Assembly (NCBI GenBank): GCA_030599585.1 | Contig: JAUVNS010000009.1 | Location: 96,001 to 160,000 of the forward strand | DNA length: 64,000 bases | Direction: 5' to 3' | From: Promethearchaeota archaeon | Lineage (GTDB): Archaea; Asgardarchaeota; Lokiarchaeia; Sigyniarchaeales; SOKP01 | In this document: in pieces, positions 41,563 to 49,801 of the stretch | Position numbering within the stretch: the stretch's first letter is position 1 | Layout of the letters: each line of letters begins with the position of its first letter | Program-made: the position numbers and the translations under genes | The notes under the pieces: model-generated | What the model was told of the DNA's origin: nothing | The model's database searches: none | Seen by the model: the letters and a program-made list of their open reading frames with translations, nothing else

Positions 41563-42336
41563 ATGTCTGAAAAGAAGGAAAAGTCTATTCATGTGAGAGT
41601 TTCTGAAGAATTTTACACTGTTATTAAAAAAAACGCAAAAATTTTCTATTCGAGTGTTGTAGAATTCTGTAGAAGTGCTATAACCGACAGGATTTATCAA
41701 ATTGAAAATCCTCAGTTATCTAATGGTAATGTAAATGCTCTTGACATCAGATATTCGATCTTTAAGAAAATTATAAAAAAATTAATGATAGAGAGTGCCA
41801 ATAATTCAAACCTAAGGACCAACCAAAAAGTTTACAAAGTTATTAAAATATTAAATATATTTGATAACTGCTCTCTGAGTCAATATATACAACCCAATAC
41901 TATAAAACCAGACTTTAATAAGTTATCTCAAATCCTATTCGACTGTGATTTTGAAAGTTTCAAAAGAAAAGTTCGTCAAAAAGAAGTAAAAGAAGAAAAG
42001 ATAAATAGAAACACAATAATCCTTGCAGGAGATTTAGGTTTAGAATTGGTAAATTTCTATCAAAACTATGAAGAAAAAAATCTAATTAAAGTAGCTGATA
42101 TTCATAGTCCATTTTCATATAAAATTGAGAATAATGATCAATATTTTACTGAAACATTATATTTTAAAGGATTTTTTAAAGCTGCATTAGTTCTTTTAGA
42201 ATCAAATGAACTCATTGAATTAATTGGCAAGGAGTATGAAGGAACTGACTCCAAAACCCTCTGTAGAATTAGAGATTATCTAAAGATTCTTGATTTTATA
42301 AAGAGGTATTCTATTAATTATTTATTATATCAGTAA
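41563..42336 (+). CDS. Hypothetical protein with an N-terminal ribbon-helix-helix
   Basis: KSIHVRVSEEFYTVIKKNA...SSVVEFCRSAI. Confidence 0.6.
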   Translation: MSEKKEKSIHVRVSEEFYTVIKKNAKIFYSSVVEFCRSAITDRIYQIENPQLSNGNVNALDIRYSIFKKIIKKLMIESANNSNLRTNQKVYKVIKILNIFDNCSLSQYIQPNTIKPDFNKLSQILFDCDFESFKRKVRQKEVKEEKINRNTIILAGDLGLELVNFYQNYEEKNLIKVADIHSPFSYKIENNDQYFTETLYFKGFFKAALVLLESNELIELIGKEYEGTDSKTLCRIRDYLKILDFIKRYSINYLLYQ

Positions 42337-42396
42337 GCTAATTTTTAATAATCTTCCGTCCCCGTGATGCCCCCTCTTCATGAATTAGAATAAAAT

Positions 42397-42777
42397 CTAA
42401 TCTTCAATATAAATCTTATCGTAAAAATTTTTGTTCAGTTCATCAACAAATTGCGATAAATCGTTCTCATCCCCATCATCATCAAGTTCAGCGGATAATA
42501 AATACAAGTCTTCTTCTGTCCTGGTCACCGCCACATAAAAAATTCGTCGTTCTTCTTCTAAATCTTCTTGTCTTTTAAGAGATAAATAATCTGGAAAGAA
42601 ACCATCAGTTAACATTGGTATAATAACAGTATTCCACTCCAATCCTTTCGCTCTATGAATCGTTGATATCACTAATCTTGATTCAATTTCATTTGTTTTT
42701 ATATTCTGATTGTACTCGCTCTCGTTAAGGCTTAGATGATTGAGGAACTCTCCAATGTTTTTAAATTGAGCTGTCAT
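42397..42777 (-). pseudogene. UvrD/PcrA helicase C-terminal fragment
   Basis: STIHRAKGLEW and EEERRIFYVAVTR (motifs V/VI). No Walker A/B; only 126 aa. Confidence 0.8.
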
Positions 42778-42819
42778 CTCGATTAAGGATTGATTTTTGA
42801 CTAATTTTTAAAAAAATCC

Positions 42820-44364
42820 TTAGTTTTGCATTTTCCATAAAGTTAAAAAATTCCTAGCAAGCTTATGTTCCTCTGCTATTTTATCCGCTATTTCTCTATT
42901 TATCCCTGGTTTTAGAGCTTTTTTCTTTGTTAATTCAATTGCACATAATAGTAAGAGAGATAAAATCACATCACTTGCTTGTTTAGGCATACTTTCGGAA
43001 TGCCAAAAATTTATTGGATACCCATCAGCAATGACATTAATTTTTCTTTTATCTGGGGCGAGATAATAAATAGTTCCAATTCTTTCATTAGTTTCACTAT
43101 TCATTAAAGGCTCACTATCTCGTTTTAACCTATTTAGTTCATTTAGGTCTATTTCATATTGCTCTGATGATGTACTTACTATGTATGAATTAAAATCTAA
43201 ATTTCTGATTACATCAGATTCAATAGCATTATACCCTGAAGCCCCTATTACAAAATCTTTATTTTTACATGCTTGACTAGCTAAATCATAAACCTTATAT
43301 CCTTTTATTGCAGCTCTTAACATTCTGGTAGGTTTAGGATCATAAATCTCAACATTTACACCTAACATTTTTAGCCGTTTAGCAACCTTCCTACCAATCG
43401 TCCCAAATCCTAAGACCGCTACTTTCATTCCGCCAAATCCGATATGAGAAACCATTTTATTAAGATTATTAATAACTGCATCTGCAATATATCTAGGTTC
43501 AAATTCAGTCTTAAAATCACATGTGGCAACTGAAATTAAAGGAAATTTGAGTTTATTTCCCGCCTTACTTTCTTCCCATGTTTTCGCATTGAATATCCCA
43601 CGAGTAGTCTGCTCCACAGCACCAATAACATTAGGGATCAAATTTACATATTTGTTATGAATCATTGGAACAATAAAACCTCCATCTTCAATAATGATTA
43701 TTTCATCTTCATTAAGTATTTCAGAATTTTGTAGATTGTCTAGGTGAACTTCAAGATTGTTATAATCGTCTACAATAGCCTCTTGTTGTATTAGATACTC
43801 AATAATCTCATCTTTTATAGTATAGGGATAATCTTTATAGAAGAAATACGATTTTTTCATCTCGAGTCCTAACGATTTAAGAGCTTCTACAAACGGAATT
43901 AGGTCTCTTAAAAAATGCATAATTATTAGCAAAAATTTTCCGCGGAAAGTATCTTTCAATGAAGTATCTTGAGAATAATAAGACAATAAAGGAGTATGTT
44001 CGAACAAATCTTTTGAAAAATCTATGCTCGGAATAGTTTTTTTTATATGTTCACTAGTCTTTTTTAAGTTTTCTTTTATTTGTGCTTGCTGGAATTTTTC
44101 TTGTATGAGTTCAGATTCATTTTTAATTTTATCAGGGTTCTGTTTACTCCAAATTTGTATTTTATCCTCATCTTCTGCAATAAATTCAAGTATATACATC
44201 TTTACTTCAGGTTCTAATATAATCCAATCGACTGTGATATCATTCAATAAACCTCTATGTTTCCAGTAATTATAAAAATGTTCCGCTTTATAGCTATTAC
44301 TAGACTTAATATATCTAATTAATATTTTTAAATTTTCACTAAAATCCTCATCTTTCCTACTCAT
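42820..44364 (-). CDS. Divergent adenosylhomocysteinase-like NAD-dependent enzyme with an N-terminal extension
   Basis: IIMHFL, IEDGG, VEQTTRGI, KTEFEPRY, Rossmann VAVLGFGTIG, EID, DGYPINF. Confidence 0.75.
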   Translation of the reverse strand: MSRKDEDFSENLKILIRYIKSSNSYKAEHFYNYWKHRGLLNDITVDWIILEPEVKMYILEFIAEDEDKIQIWSKQNPDKIKNESELIQEKFQQAQIKENLKKTSEHIKKTIPSIDFSKDLFEHTPLLSYYSQDTSLKDTFRGKFLLIIMHFLRDLIPFVEALKSLGLEMKKSYFFYKDYPYTIKDEIIEYLIQQEAIVDDYNNLEVHLDNLQNSEILNEDEIIIIEDGGFIVPMIHNKYVNLIPNVIGAVEQTTRGIFNAKTWEESKAGNKLKFPLISVATCDFKTEFEPRYIADAVINNLNKMVSHIGFGGMKVAVLGFGTIGRKVAKRLKMLGVNVEIYDPKPTRMLRAAIKGYKVYDLASQACKNKDFVIGASGYNAIESDVIRNLDFNSYIVSTSSEQYEIDLNELNRLKRDSEPLMNSETNERIGTIYYLAPDKRKINVIADGYPINFWHSESMPKQASDVILSLLLLCAIELTKKKALKPGINREIADKIAEEHKLARNFLTLWKMQN

Positions 44365-44368
44365 ATCA

Positions 44369-45049
44369 TCACATCTTATAAGCAGATCTTAATTTTAGTC
44401 TTTCCTTATCTTCAAGAAGTTCCTTTTGTTTATCTATATCAATCTCATTTTTTAAATCTTTTGAGATACTTTCATATTCAGTACATTGTTCACACTCGTG
44501 CTTTTCAATATTCGTACATTCATATGTAGTATTCTTTAATGAAAGTATACTCTTAATATTGTATGCACCGAAGTCTTTTTCTATATCACCTATATATCGA
44601 TTTATAAATAGTCCAATACCTACTATTTCTAACTTATTTTTCAAAGCAAATGTTAATAGCTGTTTTATTGTATTTCCCGTGCTTATTCCGTCATCTATAA
44701 TTAGTACCTTTCCTTCAATGTTGAGATCTGATTTAAATTTTATAACACCTTCATTCCTCTTAAAAATAAGAACTTGAGCATTGAAGAGCTCCCCTATATT
44801 ATGTGCCATTATTGCTCCACTTCTATAATTAGCAGTAATGACATAATTAATGCTCAAATCCTTAAAAAATTCACTCAGTTTGCTTACTACATCATTTACA
44901 AATTCAGGAGATTGAAAAAGAATATCAGTATTAATATAATATTTGGTATGGTATTTTTCAGTAAATTTAAAATGTCCGTTAATTACGGCTTTCGCTGACA
45001 TAATAATATTCCAAAAATGCCCTTCATTATCTTCTTTGATCATTTCCAA
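44369..45049 (-). CDS. Type I phosphoribosyltransferase (PyrE-like), module B
   Basis: GHF...HTKYY, PRPP loop VLIIDDGISTGNT, C-terminal CEQC. Confidence 0.85.
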   Translation of the reverse strand: MEMIKEDNEGHFWNIIMSAKAVINGHFKFTEKYHTKYYINTDILFQSPEFVNDVVSKLSEFFKDLSINYVITANYRSGAIMAHNIGELFNAQVLIFKRNEGVIKFKSDLNIEGKVLIIDDGISTGNTIKQLLTFALKNKLEIVGIGLFINRYIGDIEKDFGAYNIKSILSLKNTTYECTNIEKHECEQCTEYESISKDLKNEIDIDKQKELLEDKERLKLRSAYKM

Positions 45050-46218
45050 TCTCCAGGCATTATATTTGGCTTAGTAGGCTGAATTCCTTTTTTACATGAA
45101 GGACAATCGTCAAAAGAATAAACATCTTCATCTTCTTGTATTAGTGACTCAAAAGTGTATAAAGGAAATGCTGTCATTCCAGCTCTTAGGTTGAATATAC
45201 TACAAATACCTCTAATTCGAGACCCTTTCATCCTAGCGAGTTTAATTAATTTATTTACTATAAACCCAGTAACTACTACATCTATTACTATTAGACCATA
45301 TGAACCCTTTTCTATTTTAAATCCGTCACGTAATACTAAATTACCCTCCTCTTTTTCGCTCAATTTTGCATATATTGATTTAACATCTCCCCCGATGGCT
45401 TGAGCTAAACGATGGGCAAGAATAATATTGCTAGGTGTCTCAACTGTTAAAATATAGCTAATATTTTTGAGTTTGATAAAAATATCGGCAAAGTGGATAG
45501 CGATGTGTTTAATTAATCTAGGATATTCCATTATTTTTGAGACATGATATAACTTTTTTACATGTACACCAGATGGAAGAATAAAATGGCCTTTTTCAAT
45601 CATTAAATTATATCTATCTTTAATTAGGCGTGGTAGAGTCATGCCTATATATGGACTGATTTTTTCAAAGTTTTTTACTTCCAAAAATTCCCATTTTTCT
45701 TCAGAAGTCTCTGAAATCTTAAGAAAATTATTTTTTATTAAATATTCGATAGTATTATCCATAACTTCTCTTTTCCTATCAAGTTGCCGATAAATTTCTG
45801 GTCTCGTTAACGAATGTTTCAATAAAATTTTAAATACATCGTTTGCGTTATCATCTTTTGCTCCAAATAGATAGGGGTTCATATTATCATCAATTGCTAA
45901 AAAAATCAATGAAGCTTTTTTAAGTGATTCATCCACACTTTCAAAAACATCAACTTTTATGTTAACTCCAATTACTGGAATTATACTATTCTTTAATAAT
46001 GGGATTAAAAAGGAATCACAGAAAGAGTCATCCATTAATTCAACCATAACATAGTCTAATATGATAATTTGAGTCGCCTCATTAATTCTTTCTTCAATTC
46101 TACCTAATAGATACTTAGCTTTATCTCGATCAACACAATGAGTCCAATCATAGCGGAATTGCATAGAAGCAATGTTCCAATATAATATATCTTGTATTAT
46201 ACTTTTCGTTTCATTCAT
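45040..46218 (-). CDS. STAS-like + winged helix + PRTase-fold protein, module B
   Basis: ILDYVMVELMDDSFCDSF (STAS/DUF4325-like), LTRPEIYRQLDR...IEYLIKNNFL (wHTH), GHFILPSG, IVIDVVVTG, CPSC. Confidence 0.75.
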   Translation of the reverse strand: MNETKSIIQDILYWNIASMQFRYDWTHCVDRDKAKYLLGRIEERINEATQIIILDYVMVELMDDSFCDSFLIPLLKNSIIPVIGVNIKVDVFESVDESLKKASLIFLAIDDNMNPYLFGAKDDNANDVFKILLKHSLTRPEIYRQLDRKREVMDNTIEYLIKNNFLKISETSEEKWEFLEVKNFEKISPYIGMTLPRLIKDRYNLMIEKGHFILPSGVHVKKLYHVSKIMEYPRLIKHIAIHFADIFIKLKNISYILTVETPSNIILAHRLAQAIGGDVKSIYAKLSEKEEGNLVLRDGFKIEKGSYGLIVIDVVVTGFIVNKLIKLARMKGSRIRGICSIFNLRAGMTAFPLYTFESLIQEDEDVYSFDDCPSCKKGIQPTKPNIMPGDWK

Positions 46219-46220
46219 CT

Positions 46221-47327
46221 TTAACTCGGATTATAATCTTTTTTTCTTGGAATTAAAATATTTATATGCGTACCTGGCAAAAAGCGCCAAGGTTTATCAA
46301 AATCGAGAGGATAAGTTTGATTTCCTGCCTTTGAACAAATGGATCTTATAAAAATTAGACCGTTAAATTTATCGACATATTTTCTAGCTATTTTTATCCC
46401 CCCATGAGTTTCATTCTTAGGATAAGCATTTTCTGGGAATCTCCCTGATAAAACTTCTTGAATCACAGTAAAATGTTGTTTATTTTTGTAGATATCTGGG
46501 AATTTATTTAGAAGGCTTTGACGAATTCCAATACCACCATCAACAATCGATATTTCGATATTTGGATCCTTTACATAACTATTTCTATCACGTGCGTGAA
46601 CCATTATAAATCCTTCACTTTTACTATGGCGATAAATATTTGTGCAGAGCTCAGAGACGACATCTGATGCGAACTTTTTTATATCTCCTTTATGCATTCC
46701 ATATTCATTCATAAGTATATCTTGTATAGTTCTTACTAGAATTTTAGTCAATGCTGCACCTAAATCCGATCTATTTGTAATTTTTCTAATTCTTAGCAAA
46801 ACATTACTTTTAAAAACTAATGGACTAAGATTTTGACTATAGTCCTCCTCTAAGACACCCCATTCATGAAAGTGCTTAAAGAAATTCCAGTTTCTTAAGA
46901 ATAATAATGTATCCATGCTTAGTTTAACTATTATTTTCTTTTGCGTAATTTTATAACAGAATTTACCAAGTATATGAAGCATGAGAATCTCAAGTTCCCC
47001 GATGAATAGTGTCTTTGATAGGTCGAAAACAATCGATTTTTTATATGTTAAATTAAAAAGATTTTCGTAATATTCCTCAATATTAATATAAGTAGAAAAT
47101 GGCTTTTTTAAGTCTTTTAAAAATGCCTGAAATTGAAAAAGTAGATTATTAAAACACTCAAACCGAAAATTAAACCTGAAGGGAAAGACAAACGTAAAGT
47201 ACTTACTCCCTTCTTTATTTTTTTTAAAAAATGATTTATATGTATTTAAATTATAGGGTAGAAACTCTATATTTGTTTTTACAATGAACTTTAAATAATC
47301 TTCCTCTACGCTTTTTATTCCTGACAT
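46221..47327 (-). CDS. STAS-like + GHKL/HATPase_c (anti-sigma-factor-like kinase)
   Basis: VFDLSKTLFI...LFLRNWNFF; N-box SELCTNIYRHS; G1 IVDGGIGI; HGG; PGTHI. Confidence 0.8.
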   Translation of the reverse strand: MSGIKSVEEDYLKFIVKTNIEFLPYNLNTYKSFFKKNKEGSKYFTFVFPFRFNFRFECFNNLLFQFQAFLKDLKKPFSTYINIEEYYENLFNLTYKKSIVFDLSKTLFIGELEILMLHILGKFCYKITQKKIIVKLSMDTLLFLRNWNFFKHFHEWGVLEEDYSQNLSPLVFKSNVLLRIRKITNRSDLGAALTKILVRTIQDILMNEYGMHKGDIKKFASDVVSELCTNIYRHSKSEGFIMVHARDRNSYVKDPNIEISIVDGGIGIRQSLLNKFPDIYKNKQHFTVIQEVLSGRFPENAYPKNETHGGIKIARKYVDKFNGLIFIRSICSKAGNQTYPLDFDKPWRFLPGTHINILIPRKKDYNPS

Positions 47328-47948
47328 ACTAATCCTTTTAACAAATAACTCTTACTATTATTATCTTTTTGTCTTAACAATTTTAACTATTTATTCTTTT
47401 ATAATTCTTTTATGATTATGTATATATAAATATTTTATTTTAAAGTGCGAACTTTAGATTTAGATAAGAACTAGTATATAAATCTTTGGTTTTTTGTTGT
47501 AGATTTTAAGAAATATTTTTCTTGATTATTTAGATTAATATTAATTTTTCATCTTTTCTAGATAAAAATAAAATTATACTATTCAATAATTCTGTTTCAA
47601 ATTATTAAACTAAATGAGTTTTATTATTAGAAAACATATTGTAGAAATTAGCAACAAATTAAATTTTCTCTTTTTAAAGCTTTTAAACAAAATGTGTTTT
47701 GAACTTAATTTTATTTAAATCTTAAAATCTTTTCTTAATTCTTCATTTTTAGTTCTATAGCAACTAATCTCTTTAATACATATAATTATTGTTTAGAAAG
47801 AATTTTTGTTTAATTATAGAAAAATCTGTGCAAAATTTGCCTGTTAGCTGATGGATATTAAAATCTGATACTAACAAGAATTTATGAGTTTTTTGATAAA
47901 TCTTGTTTATTTATTTGAAATTTCTTTTTTACTACTTAATTTAGATTC

Positions 47949-49106
47949 TTATATGCTCTTACTAGATGGATCACCAGCCTTTTTTAGTATTGTTTTTTCT
48001 TTGAAAATATTTAGTTTAATAACCCTGTCAAATTCATTTACACTATTAAACAATTTAATGAGGGAATTTCTTCTTTCATAATATAGAATTATTTCTCGAA
48101 TTTTTCCACTAAGGGTACCTCCAGGTAATTCATCAAATTTTATATCTAAATACAATTCACATAAAGTCTTTAGATTCTCCATGTTTAGCTTCTCTCTTAG
48201 ACTTTCGAAAATAATTAATTTTGACCTTTTGGGGATAAAAAATTCTTGTTCTATACTATTTTCATACTTTTGAATAAATTCAGGTTCAACTTCTTCCATT
48301 AAGTTTCGTTTATATTTCTTCCATTCATTATCCCAAAAGCTTTTATTCAATTCTAAAACCAGTCCAGCAAATTCAAATGGAAAAAACTCAACTTTCACAT
48401 TATTCTTTATAAGATAATTTACTCCTTTTCCTGAAATTTTTGGATTAGGATCTATTATGCCAATCCAAACTTCTTTAATTCCATTATTAACAATTCGTTC
48501 TGCGCATGGAATTTTATCTGTAGATCGTCGTGTACATGGTTCTAAAGTGGTAATTAATATAGAATTCTCATAATTCAACTTTTCCTTTTTCTTAACCAAT
48601 GCTGTATACTCAGCATGGTCTCCAGGTGCATTTTCCCCTCTATAAGCATTCTGAATAATTTCATTATTTTTTATTATTACTACACCGACTTTAGGATGAA
48701 CATTATTATCTTCCGATTCACAATTTTTAGATATTTCTATAGATTTCTTTATGCCCTCTAAAACTATATTCTGTTGATTTAATTTTAAATGTTGGTCGAT
48801 ACTTTTTTTCCTATTATTTTTATTAATTCTAAAAAGTTTTCGAATATCTATTCGTTCATTTGAGATTATAGCATCTCCTAATAATTCATTTAAATCAACC
48901 TTTTCTTTATCATTAAGATTTTCTATAAAAAAGTATTTTGCCTTATCATTTAATTGGTTCCATCGAAAGCTAATTGCTTTATACATTCCATTAGATTTAA
49001 AATCCAAAAAATAATTCTTTGCTATATTGTCTTCGTTTATTTCTAATTTACTCAATATAAAATTTAAACTCTCATCAAATCCATCTTTGATTTTTTTTGA
49101 CATCAA
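47949..49106 (-). CDS. RibD-like Zn deaminase with a C-terminal effector-associated (EAD-like) helical domain
   Basis: HPKVG, HAE, TLEPC-x9-C, DPNP; no reductase domain. C-terminal LKTLCELYLDIKFDELPGGTLSGKIREIILYYERRNSL. Confidence 0.75.
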   Translation of the reverse strand: MMSKKIKDGFDESLNFILSKLEINEDNIAKNYFLDFKSNGMYKAISFRWNQLNDKAKYFFIENLNDKEKVDLNELLGDAIISNERIDIRKLFRINKNNRKKSIDQHLKLNQQNIVLEGIKKSIEISKNCESEDNNVHPKVGVVIIKNNEIIQNAYRGENAPGDHAEYTALVKKKEKLNYENSILITTLEPCTRRSTDKIPCAERIVNNGIKEVWIGIIDPNPKISGKGVNYLIKNNVKVEFFPFEFAGLVLELNKSFWDNEWKKYKRNLMEEVEPEFIQKYENSIEQEFFIPKRSKLIIFESLREKLNMENLKTLCELYLDIKFDELPGGTLSGKIREIILYYERRNSLIKLFNSVNEFDRVIKLNIFKEKTILKKAGDPSSKSI

Positions 49107-49117
49107 TGTTACCTCGC

Positions 49118-49801
49118 TTAGTATATATCTCCATATGCAGGTTTAATTTTTAATTTATTTTTTTTTCCCAAAAGTGTTTTTCTCATATTATCATTCATAT
49201 CTCTGTTTTTTAGTTCTTCTTTTATCTTTCTATATTCTTTACATAAATTACACTTTTCTTTTTCAACTAGCTTATATCTTGGTTCGTTTAATGATAAAAT
49301 ACTCTCTACCTGAATATTTCTAAAATCTTTTCCTAAATCATTTATATATCGATTAATAAAAAATCCCATACCTACAATTTTTACATCTTGATTTCTTGTA
49401 ATTCTAAGTATTTGTGTAACTGTATTTCCTGTATTTATCCCGTCATCAACAATTAATACATTACCTTTAATATTCTCAACTGAAGTTGTATCGACAAAAC
49501 CTCGCTCTCTACGGATAATCATCACTTTTGAATTAAACTTTTCTCCTAAATTATGGGCTAAAATGGCTCCACTTCGATAATTCGGACTTATAATATAATC
49601 AACTTTTTGATCTTTAAAAAATTGATACAAATCAACGATAATCATCTCAACATAATATGGATACTGAAATATTAAATCAGTATCAATAAATATACCAGAA
49701 TGATAATTATTTGTATAGATAAAATGTCCCTCAATGACAGCATTAGCTTCATAGATAATTTTAAGGAATTTTTTATTAGTACTATTTACTACCATTTCCA
49801 A
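49118..49801 (-). CDS. Type I phosphoribosyltransferase (PyrE-like), module A
   Basis: GHF, NYRSGAILAHNLGE, VLIVDDGINTGNT, CNLC. Paralog of 44369-45049. Confidence 0.85.
   Translation of the reverse strand: MEMVVNSTNKKFLKIIYEANAVIEGHFIYTNNYHSGIFIDTDLIFQYPYYVEMIIVDLYQFFKDQKVDYIISPNYRSGAILAHNLGEKFNSKVMIIRRERGFVDTTSVENIKGNVLIVDDGINTGNTVTQILRITRNQDVKIVGMGFFINRYINDLGKDFRNIQVESILSLNEPRYKLVEKEKCNLCKEYRKIKEELKNRDMNDNMRKTLLGKKNKLKIKPAYGDIY

Noticed and set aside
44369-49801. Calling these genes pyrE, ribD or ahcY housekeeping genes
   Set aside because: They are duplicated, divergent, fused to regulatory domains and located in an island without pathway neighbours.
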